Source: Candidatus Obscuribacteraceae bacterium (GTDB lineage Bacteria > Cyanobacteriota > Vampirovibrionia > Obscuribacterales > Obscuribacteraceae). From it: 64,000 nucleotides of DNA. The stretch is taken from assembly GCA_044226015.1 (NCBI GenBank), contig JBGAHS010000001.1, positions 128,001-192,000 on the forward strand. The letters run 5' to 3'. This document shows, piece by piece, positions 1 to 8,181 of the stretch. Under the pieces are notes generated by a model. The model did not search any database. It saw only the letters and a program-made list of their open reading frames with translations, and was not told where the DNA came from. The number at the start of each line of letters is the position of its first letter. Position 1 is the stretch's first letter. A program made the translations under genes and the position numbers.

Positions 1-172
1 CAATCTCTTTGACTTTGTCGCGAGATTCGTTGAACTTATCAGAACCCTGAGATTTGTATTCTGTGGCTTTAGCAGTCGCAGCATCGAGGCAATCCTCAAC
101 GCGCTCACGACCTACTTCGAAAGCAGCTTTAGCCAAGAACAATAGTTTTACGACTGGCCGAAACACTGGCAT
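1..172 (-). CDS. Partial hypothetical protein (N-terminus only; helical, possibly phasin/granule-associated-like)
   Basis: Manual translation: ATG at 172 preceded by GGAGG; reads MPVFRPVVKLLFLAKAAFEVGRERVEDCLDAATAKATEYKSQGSDKFNESRDKVKEI with no stop to the window edge. Confidence 0.55.
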   Translation of the reverse strand, partial: MPVFRPVVKLLFLAKAAFEVGRERVEDCLDAATAKATEYKSQGSDKFNESRDKVKEI

Positions 173-525
173 TACCTCCATCTGGTGAGAAGCTACATAG
201 CTTCGTCATTTCTAGGACTTTCCAACGGCTGCCTTTCTGCTCAGTCTTGTGATGGGCAGCCTCGGCAACAATTGCTCGGGAAGAGAGACAAAAGATGCTT
301 GAGATTATACACTAGGAGCTTGCATGGATCCCTCGATATATGCCGCGGGACTCCTTTCTATGACGAAGACGACACAAAGCGCTAAAAGCCCGCAGGTTGC
401 TAATTTCAGGGAGAGCAGCGCTTGACTTTAAAAACGGGTAGAATTCTCGCAAGCCGGGCTACTGCTCCTTAAATACAGTCTACGTGCCGAATTCGGAAGA
501 CTACATTCATCTCAAAAGCGAATAT

Positions 526-1503
526 ATGAAAAATTTAGCAAATCAGCCAAAGTGCACTGTTCAAGATCAAAAAGAGCACCCATTGAAGGGGACTAAAGAA
601 GTAACGCTTATTTACGTGCCGATTTTTATCGGAGGTCAACATAAGGGCGCTGCTATGGGTCCAGCGGCTCTGAAAGTGGCAGATCTTCCGAAACAAATTG
701 AAAAGTTAGGGTTTAAAGTTGCCAATCAGGTGGAAATAACAATGCCGCCTGACGCCTGCTGGTACGAAAAGAATGTGGGCGGCTCACGCTGTTTGCCAGA
801 AATAAAACAAGTTTCGATTGACGTTGCTGAAGCCGTGGAAGCGGCTATGAAAGCCGGCACCATTCCAATCACCGTAGGTGGTGACCACAGTCTTGCCATA
901 GGCAGCATCGCTGGTGTCTCAAAATACTACAAAGACAGAAAAGAGGAATTTGGTCTGGTCTGGTTTGACGCGCACGGTGATATCAATACTCCTGATACCA
1001 GTCATAGTGCTAATCTCCACGGAATGCCTCTGGCGATTTCTCTGGGCAAAGGTGATGAGCGCCTCACGCAGTTGCAGGGCTTTTCGCCAAAAGTTGAAGG
1101 GAAACGTACAGTTCTTATTGGGCTTCGCGACGTCGACCCAGGCGAAAAAGACTTGATTCGCGAACTCAACATTCACTCGTTTACGATGAGAGATATCGAT
1201 CAATTGGGAATGGGAATGTTGAGTCAGCTCGTGCTTGAACTTGTTGGCTCAGATATCGATGGCATCCATCTTTCCTTTGATATTGATGTGATGGACCCTG
1301 AAATCGCGCCTGGTGTAACAACGATGGCACCTGGTGGCATGAGTTATCGCGAAGCTCAGCTCGCGCTAACGATGCTTGCAGAAACAGGTTTGATTCGCTC
1401 AATTGATTTTGTGGAACTGAACCCAGCGCGAGATATTCGCAGTCGCACTGCCGAGTTGACGATTGATTTGATCAAGACAACGCTGGGTCATCGCATTATG
1501 TAG
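526..1503 (+). CDS. rocF: Arginase (ureohydrolase family)
   Basis: Motifs GGDHSLAIG, WFDAHGDINT, NLHGMP and SFDIDVMDP (Mn-binding). The ATG at 526 is preferred over the GTG at 484. Confidence 0.9.
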   Translation: MKNLANQPKCTVQDQKEHPLKGTKEVTLIYVPIFIGGQHKGAAMGPAALKVADLPKQIEKLGFKVANQVEITMPPDACWYEKNVGGSRCLPEIKQVSIDVAEAVEAAMKAGTIPITVGGDHSLAIGSIAGVSKYYKDRKEEFGLVWFDAHGDINTPDTSHSANLHGMPLAISLGKGDERLTQLQGFSPKVEGKRTVLIGLRDVDPGEKDLIRELNIHSFTMRDIDQLGMGMLSQLVLELVGSDIDGIHLSFDIDVMDPEIAPGVTTMAPGGMSYREAQLALTMLAETGLIRSIDFVELNPARDIRSRTAELTIDLIKTTLGHRIM

Positions 1504-1525
1504 AGGCCAGTTCGAAGCGCATGCA

Positions 1526-1552
1526 GGCTTGAATCACATTTGCGTGATCGAG
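1526..1552. terminator. Hairpin between convergent arginase and kinase genes
   Basis: GGCTTG-A-ATCAC / ATTTGC loop / GTGAT-CGAGCC imperfect stem; no clear U-tract. Confidence 0.35.
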
Positions 1553-1734
1553 CCAGAGCGAGCGAAACGAATTTCATTAAGCATTAAGCGTCAAAGAGTC
1601 AGTTTACGACCTGCGGATAGACTGTGGCGCTATAGATCTGCTTAGCGCTTTTCATACAATTCCTATGGATCGTTTCGCTTAGCGGCTCAGGCTGTGCCGT
1701 TTCGATTTGCTATTCAAGCGAACTTCCTGTCTAG

Positions 1735-4734
1735 CTAACTCGCGATTGGCAGAATGACCCTGGTTTCAGTACCCAAATTGCTGGATGAAATTTCCAGTGA
1801 ACCGCCGTGAATTGCGCTCAAGCGCTGCGCTAATGGCAAGCCTAATCCTGTAACTGGCTTTCCATCAATAAAACGGAAGCGGTCGAAAATCTGGGGCAAA
1901 AGTTCATTATCGATTCCTGGTCCCTGGTCGCGGAATGAAACTGACAATTTGTCACCGGTTCTGTTGATTGCCAGTCCGATGGTGCTGCCTTCTGGAGCCG
2001 CATTAATTGCATTGGACAAAATTATTGAGAATTCGCGTTCGATGAGAGCTTTGTCTCCGCTAACAAGAATTTCCGCACAGTCTGGAGAAACCTCAGCGGT
2101 GAGTTGAATGCCGCGCTCTTCAGCGCTAGCATCAAAGCTTTTGGCTGCTGCTCGAAAAACTGGTATTAGTGGGAATCTCTCATTGCTTAACTGGTAAAGC
2201 CCGGCGTCAATCTTCTCGATGAGCAATAAATCGTTTATTTGTTGGAGCAGTTTTGTCAGTTCTCTTTCAGCTTGTTCGCTAAGTTCCTTTTCGTTCCTGC
2301 CTAATTCTCCATATCCTGCCGCCGATATGAGTTCAAGCCCATTGATGATTGATGTGAGAGGTGTTCGGAGGTCATGATTAATAACCGCAATCAGTTTTTG
2401 CCGTTGAGAATCTGCTTCTCTGATATTGGAAGCAACTTCGCAAAGTCTTGCATCAAGAAACGCAATTTCATCGTTGCCGAGGTAAGAAGCTTTGATTTCA
2501 TGTCCTTCAGCAAAGGTTTTTGCCTTTTCTTGCAGCCCGCGAATTTTCTCGACTATTTTCAATGAGTATGCGCCAACACCAAATATTAGAAGAGCGTTCA
2601 TCAAAGCGGCGAATGTCAGGGCATAAAGAAGTTCGGAGTGAACTGACATTGCTCCGCTATAAGATTTTTCGGTGAATGAGCCTTCTTGCAACATCACTTC
2701 GAAGAGGTCATCCTCAGCGTCGCCGGCAAGAATTTTTGCCTGGCCCACAAGGCGTGGGAGAACCGCCATGCTCAGATTCTCGCCGTTCTTTTTCAGATAG
2801 ATGCCGAATTTCCTGAGCTTGTTGATTGCCGATCTCGAACGTTCTAAGCGGGGATAACTAGGGCTTTGATGTGAAACATGCTCAAGTAACCAATCAAGAT
2901 CTTCAAGTTGTTCATTTGCTAATGGTTCGCAGGCGCCGACGCCCGAAAAGTTCTGCTTATCTAAAGCGCTTGCGACATCAAGCTTCCAAATAAGATGTAC
3001 AGCTAACAGTTCCTCCAATCGAAGCATCACTTCTTTCTGATTTGTAAAAGTCTGAGAGCGTTTTACTTCAGTTTGAAACATGCTGTTCAGCCGATACAGA
3101 ACGACTGATTGAGATAGTGTCAGCGCAAGAAGAACCAAAAGGAAGATGCGAGCCAGGCTACCTTTTGATTTTGCGAAACGCTTTTCGCGAACGGGAACTT
3201 CTGCTGTTTTTGAAGGTGTGATGTTAGCAGGTGAGTTTGGTATCTTGAACCAGAACGCGCTGCCCTCATTCACCACACTGTCTATTCCTACCTGGCCGCC
3301 GTGCGCCTCCACGATTTGCTTCGAGATGAGCAAGCCCAGCCCTGTGCCTGACCGTTTGATTCCGTCTGCAGCTGCCACCTGGCTGAACTCTTTGAATAGC
3401 TTTTCCTGGTCTTCTTGAGAAATTCCAGGTCCTTTATCTATGACGCGAAATTCAATTTGATCTCCTGATTTCTTTACTTCAAGCCGTATCTCTGCACCAT
3501 CTGGAGAGTATTTAATTGCATTGGACAGGAAGTTTACGAGAACTCGTTTAAGCAAGTTGCCGTCTACCTGGCATTGGAAATCATCACCCCTCTGTTGCAG
3601 CTTCACGCCTTTCTTCAGCAATAACGATTCAACTTGATTAGCACAATCAGTAATCAATTCGTTGGTGGACCAATTTTCGTAAACTGGTTCAACATTAGTG
3701 TTTGCGTTAAAGCTTAGTGCCTCTGTCATCGATTTAAGCAGATGCATCAGAGTGTTTAGATTGTTGCGAGCCTTTTGAATATTCTTTCTTGCTCGTTCTT
3801 GCAATGTGGATTTTGCAAGAAGGCTATCAAAGCATCTTCGCACGTCTTCCAGCGCAGCGCTTTGCACCGATTGAAAAAACTCAAGGAAGCTGTGCCTTCG
3901 TTTTTCGTTCTCACTGATCACCGTAGACATCTTATAGAAGCTGTCTTCCAGTGCATTGACTTCGTTTCTGATTCGCTTTGGCGCTGGAAGTAACTCGGCA
4001 TTCATGATGCGCTGGCAACTGTCGGAGAGTTTTGTGATGGGAGTAATAATTACTCTGCTAATCATTTGCATGAGAATTATTGCCAGCAAGATGTTCATGC
4101 CGCCCGCGATGTACAAGAGTACTTGCGGTGAAATGCCCATCAAAGATAGGTTGGAGGGCTGAATTTTTGTGGACAGTGCCGAGTGAATGCGTTTGAACTC
4201 TCCGATGAAACCACGGTAGAGTCCTGTGGTTTGCATCAATACGGCTCTGAAGGAGGCTTTGCCATCCTGATTAAGCTCAGAGTCTGTAATCACCCGGCTC
4301 ATTACTCGAGCAATATGGTAAAACCGACTTCCCAGCTCTTCTACTGGTTTTGTGTCGAGTTCGCACTTCTCCAGCTGTTTTATCAGAGTGCTAACAGCAC
4401 GTTTTGTCTCATGAACACTTTCCTTGAAATATTCGAATGTTCGTGGATTGCCAGCTGCTTTACGCGCGGCGTCTCCCGCGTCAAATGTTTTCTGAGCATC
4501 TTGAAGCAGTTTTGAAACAAGGTTTGAGCATTTGAGAAGCTCATATTCTTTTTCCGAAGACTTCGATGCATTTTGTACTTCGACGCTTAGAACACCGAGA
4601 AAACCTGCTTCGATAGTGGCTACCATCAAGAAGACAGAGAGAAGAGACATTGCAAGCGGCGACGAGAAAACAGCGCGCCAGTTTCTGCGTGCGAACTTTG
4701 TCGTTTTAGTAGTGGTTCCGACGGCCGCTGTCAT
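1735..4734 (-). CDS. Tandem (double-module) membrane sensor histidine kinase
   Basis: Two TM-sensor-TM-HAMP-DHp-HATPase units. Unit 1 has NFLSNAIKYS, DKGPGI and GTGLGL; unit 2 has NHDLRTPL, DQGPGI and TGLGL. Confidence 0.85.
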   Translation of the reverse strand: MTAAVGTTTKTTKFARRNWRAVFSSPLAMSLLSVFLMVATIEAGFLGVLSVEVQNASKSSEKEYELLKCSNLVSKLLQDAQKTFDAGDAARKAAGNPRTFEYFKESVHETKRAVSTLIKQLEKCELDTKPVEELGSRFYHIARVMSRVITDSELNQDGKASFRAVLMQTTGLYRGFIGEFKRIHSALSTKIQPSNLSLMGISPQVLLYIAGGMNILLAIILMQMISRVIITPITKLSDSCQRIMNAELLPAPKRIRNEVNALEDSFYKMSTVISENEKRRHSFLEFFQSVQSAALEDVRRCFDSLLAKSTLQERARKNIQKARNNLNTLMHLLKSMTEALSFNANTNVEPVYENWSTNELITDCANQVESLLLKKGVKLQQRGDDFQCQVDGNLLKRVLVNFLSNAIKYSPDGAEIRLEVKKSGDQIEFRVIDKGPGISQEDQEKLFKEFSQVAAADGIKRSGTGLGLLISKQIVEAHGGQVGIDSVVNEGSAFWFKIPNSPANITPSKTAEVPVREKRFAKSKGSLARIFLLVLLALTLSQSVVLYRLNSMFQTEVKRSQTFTNQKEVMLRLEELLAVHLIWKLDVASALDKQNFSGVGACEPLANEQLEDLDWLLEHVSHQSPSYPRLERSRSAINKLRKFGIYLKKNGENLSMAVLPRLVGQAKILAGDAEDDLFEVMLQEGSFTEKSYSGAMSVHSELLYALTFAALMNALLIFGVGAYSLKIVEKIRGLQEKAKTFAEGHEIKASYLGNDEIAFLDARLCEVASNIREADSQRQKLIAVINHDLRTPLTSIINGLELISAAGYGELGRNEKELSEQAERELTKLLQQINDLLLIEKIDAGLYQLSNERFPLIPVFRAAAKSFDASAEERGIQLTAEVSPDCAEILVSGDKALIEREFSIILSNAINAAPEGSTIGLAINRTGDKLSVSFRDQGPGIDNELLPQIFDRFRFIDGKPVTGLGLPLAQRLSAIHGGSLEISSSNLGTETRVILPIAS

Positions 4735-4870
4735 GCAGGTCTGATAATCCTCTTGGGAATTATCCTAATTGCATTATATTCCAATGTAGGCGATTGCGGG
4801 CGCCCGAAATGCCCGAAAATGTTCGCTGATGGGCTATTTCAGATTTTTCGTTACCTTATCGCTTTGGAAC

Positions 4871-5182
4871 CTAGCAAACGGGTCCTGATGGCATTCTTCC
4901 ACCGCAAGCTTTCAGTACTGAGTCGATACGCGCTACCTTGAACACTTTGTAGACGGATGGAGTTACATCTTTCAGTTGAACCAATGAGCTAATCGATTGA
5001 GCCCGCAGCAGAAGTTCTTCCAGCCATTCCAAACCTTCTACAGTGATGAATTTGCACTGAGAAAAATCGAGAACGAGGTCAACATTTCCGTTTGCGAGAG
5101 TCAAATCTACATCATCAACTTGCTTTGATAATGATGCAGGCATTACAAACGTTGCTTGATTTTTTGCTTGAGCAGCTTCCAT
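4871..5182 (-). CDS. STAS-domain protein (anti-sigma factor antagonist-like)
   Basis: LVLDFSQCKFITVEGLEWL...VTPSVYKVFKVARID matches the STAS/SpoIIAA pattern; 103 aa. Confidence 0.75.
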   Translation of the reverse strand: MEAAQAKNQATFVMPASLSKQVDDVDLTLANGNVDLVLDFSQCKFITVEGLEWLEELLLRAQSISSLVQLKDVTPSVYKVFKVARIDSVLKACGGRMPSGPVC

Positions 5183-5209
5183 TTCTAAATCCTCAAATCT
5201 GGTTGTGAG

Positions 5210-7843
5210 CTAGGGACGAACGCGGCGTGGATAGCTGATTTCGTACAGCTCTTTGATGTCTTGAAGCAGTGCCATGCGTGGGTTTGTTCGCAAGCTCATA
5301 TCTTCGAATGAATTTTTCACGAGTTCAGGACCCGCCATAAGCACGTCGCCCGCTGGAATTCCCAGTTCCTCAATGGAGAGCGGCTGACCTAACGAGCTTA
5401 GCAAATCGAATATTGCTCTTCTAAGCAGTACGCAAAGTTCGTCGTCATTGAGTTCGGGGTGCTTGTCGGCAAGTCCCAGGAAGCGAGCTGCTCTTGCATA
5501 TTTTTTCGGAGCGACGAAATGTGTGTGGGTGGAATGCGGGGTGATTTTTCTTGGAACCTTAGAGTTGTATTCTAGAGTCGAGAGAAGGAATACACCATTG
5601 GCGCGACCGTGCGGAATATCGAATTTAGCGCCGAGGCTGTGAGCCAGAGCATGGTTCACTCCAACTGATGCGTTTCCGATTGCCATACCTGCCAGGCATG
5701 CAGCGTTGTGGAGTTTGTGTCTCCAGACAACATTTGAGCCATTCTTAATCGCTTCAGGAAGTGCTTCGAAAATCAAGCGAATGGCTTCAAGAGCGAGCCC
5801 ATCTGTATAGTCAGACGACATGATTGAAACCAGCGCTTCAAGGGCGTGAGTCAATGCGTCTACTGCTGTGTCGACCGTAATTTGCGGTGGCAAGCTGCGA
5901 GTTAGTTGTGCATCAAGAATGGCAACGTCTGGCAGTAGTGACTCGTCCACGAGAGAGAACTTCGTGTGTGAATTGGAATCTTTGAGCACCGCGAATGGTG
6001 TCACTTCAGAGCCAGTGCCTGAGGTGGTTGGAATGGCTACCAGTTGTGTAGAGGCGCCCGTTGGGAAGCGCACAACACGTTGGCGGAAGTCTAAGAATGG
6101 TGTTGCAACTTCTGAGAGTGTCAAATTCGGGTGGTCATAAAAGAGTCTCATGATTTTTGCGGCGTCCAAAACTGAGCCACCACCGAGTGCGATGATAGTG
6201 TCTGGTTGGCTCTTGCGCATCATTGCGACAGCCTTCTCAACTGTGTTGAAATCTGGCTCGACTCCGACCTGGCTGAAAACATCAACGCGACATGATTCGG
6301 GTAAGCGTTCCAACACCATTGATAAGTGACCGCGACTAGCAGCTGAACCTGATGTTACTACGAATGCTGATTTTGTTTTCAAACCGCGCAGGTGCTCGAT
6401 GCTTCCCGGGTTGATATAAATATTCTTGGTCGTCTGGAAGCTCAGTACAAAGTTCTTTCTATGCGGAACCCTCTTTAAGTTGAGCAGGTTTGCCACGCCG
6501 ACGTTGTCTGTCGTGATGTTGCCGCCGCCTGTGCCGCAGCCAAAGCTGAGGGTTGTGCTCAAGTTGTTGTAGACGCCACCAAGTCCACCAATTGACGTTG
6601 GTGAATTCACGATGACACGACCTGCGTTAATTGCCGTAGCGTATTCCTCTATCACTCGTTCATCGGTGCTGAAGATGCCCGCAGTGTGACCTGTTCCGCC
6701 AGCGTAATTTACGTCGAGTGCTCTGTTTATACCTTCTCGCTCGCTGTCGACTGCGACTACGCCGAGTACAGGCATCAATTTTTCAACTGCCAGCGGGTGG
6801 TGTCTCAGTTCTCCTTGCAGAGGACAGAGCAAAATCTTCACGTCCGGTGAGCAGTTTAAGCCTGCGGCTTCAGCGATGAGGCGGGCGGGCTGACCAACAA
6901 ACTTGTAGTTCATACCTTTGGTGCGTTGGTCGATAACAGTCTGAGCGACCTTCTCTACTTCTTCTTGCGAGCATACATAGCAGCCCAGCTTGCTGAAGGT
7001 TTCAAGAGTTTTCTCATAAATTTCCTGGTCGATGACGAGTGTTTGCTCTGATGGGCATTCGGTGCCGTTGTCGAAGGTTTTGGAGATGATTACGTCAGTA
7101 ACGGCTCCTTCGATGTAAGCAGACTTGTGAATGTAAACCGGCGTATTGCCTGCGCCTACACCAATTGCTGGTTTGCCAGAACTATGTGCTGCGCGAACCA
7201 TCTGCGTTCCACCAGTTGCAAAAATCAAGTCAACATCGGGGTGAACCATCATGAGCTCGGTTTCTTTTCTCAAGCGAGATGATTTTTCAACCCATGTGAT
7301 GAAGCCTTTCGGTGCACCCGCAGCGACGCCAGCTTCATACAACACTTTTGCAGCGAAGTTGCTGCTGTTTGCTGCCATCAAATGTGGGCTGAAGATGATG
7401 CTATTTCTGGTTTTTGCAGCGCAGAGGCTTTTGAAAATTATGGTCGAGGTAGGGTTGGTTACTGGAGACAGCGCGAGGATAACTCCCATCGGCTCTGCAA
7501 TTTCAACCATGTTGTCTTCTGGAAATTCTCGGACGATGCCAACTGTTCGCTTGTCCTTGATTTGGTTGTAGAGAAACTCTGATGCCACGAAGTCTTTCAG
7601 CATCTTATCTTCTAGCTGGCCCATTCTTGTCTCTTCGTGGGCCATTTGAGCAAACTTGTAAACGTTTTCCAGGGCTGCCAGGGTCATAGCGCGGACTATT
7701 CTGTCCACATCTTCCTGTGTCATCTGTGTGAAAACAGCGGCTGCCAGTCGGGCTTGCCGGACCATATGGTCAACATGCTCGATTAAAGATCGCTCATTCT
7801 CGGTCTTCTGATTGCCGGAGCCTACTGATTGTTGTTGTGACAT
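5210..7843 (-). CDS. adhE: Bifunctional acetaldehyde-CoA/alcohol dehydrogenase
   Basis: ALDH half (EPMGVILALSPVTNPTST, ATGG, GVGAGNTP, KTFDNGTECPSEQ) fused to an Fe-ADH half (GGGSVLDAAK, IPTTSGTGSEVT, NHALAH...PHGRAN). Confidence 0.95.
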   Translation of the reverse strand: MSQQQSVGSGNQKTENERSLIEHVDHMVRQARLAAAVFTQMTQEDVDRIVRAMTLAALENVYKFAQMAHEETRMGQLEDKMLKDFVASEFLYNQIKDKRTVGIVREFPEDNMVEIAEPMGVILALSPVTNPTSTIIFKSLCAAKTRNSIIFSPHLMAANSSNFAAKVLYEAGVAAGAPKGFITWVEKSSRLRKETELMMVHPDVDLIFATGGTQMVRAAHSSGKPAIGVGAGNTPVYIHKSAYIEGAVTDVIISKTFDNGTECPSEQTLVIDQEIYEKTLETFSKLGCYVCSQEEVEKVAQTVIDQRTKGMNYKFVGQPARLIAEAAGLNCSPDVKILLCPLQGELRHHPLAVEKLMPVLGVVAVDSEREGINRALDVNYAGGTGHTAGIFSTDERVIEEYATAINAGRVIVNSPTSIGGLGGVYNNLSTTLSFGCGTGGGNITTDNVGVANLLNLKRVPHRKNFVLSFQTTKNIYINPGSIEHLRGLKTKSAFVVTSGSAASRGHLSMVLERLPESCRVDVFSQVGVEPDFNTVEKAVAMMRKSQPDTIIALGGGSVLDAAKIMRLFYDHPNLTLSEVATPFLDFRQRVVRFPTGASTQLVAIPTTSGTGSEVTPFAVLKDSNSHTKFSLVDESLLPDVAILDAQLTRSLPPQITVDTAVDALTHALEALVSIMSSDYTDGLALEAIRLIFEALPEAIKNGSNVVWRHKLHNAACLAGMAIGNASVGVNHALAHSLGAKFDIPHGRANGVFLLSTLEYNSKVPRKITPHSTHTHFVAPKKYARAARFLGLADKHPELNDDELCVLLRRAIFDLLSSLGQPLSIEELGIPAGDVLMAGPELVKNSFEDMSLRTNPRMALLQDIKELYEISYPRRVRP

Positions 7844-8181
7844 TTGTTGTACCTGGGGTTGTGTAGGGCAGCTAGGCTGCTTCTGTTTTAATCAGGGTGT
7901 TCGGTATGTTTCAGCACTGTGACCGGGTTTTGAGCTTTTGGGGCTCTGCCACGGCGCAAAATCGCTATGCAAACTGAATACCCGCTGATAATCAAAGTGT
8001 ATGGCAGGAACTAATCTATTCAGTACTATTTTAGAAAGTTTTGAGAGAAGTTTGAGAGAATAGGTTGCTTTGCGGGAAACACCACTTGGCAATAAATCGG
8101 TGACTGCCTAGAATAGGCTGGTCAGAGTGTATTCTGGCATCTGGAATGGCGCAAAATTAGGCTCGCTTAAGGTTTCTAAAG

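Noticed and set aside
185..385. Short ORFs in intergenic gaps (185-385, 7892-8092, 13649-13831, 26751-27056, 51918-52199)
   Set aside because: No recognisable motifs or clear RBS; several overlap better-supported genes or promoter regions
7844..8181. Rex or FNR operator upstream of adhE
   Set aside because: No TTGTGAA-N4-TTCACAA or TTGAT-N4-ATCAA match was found
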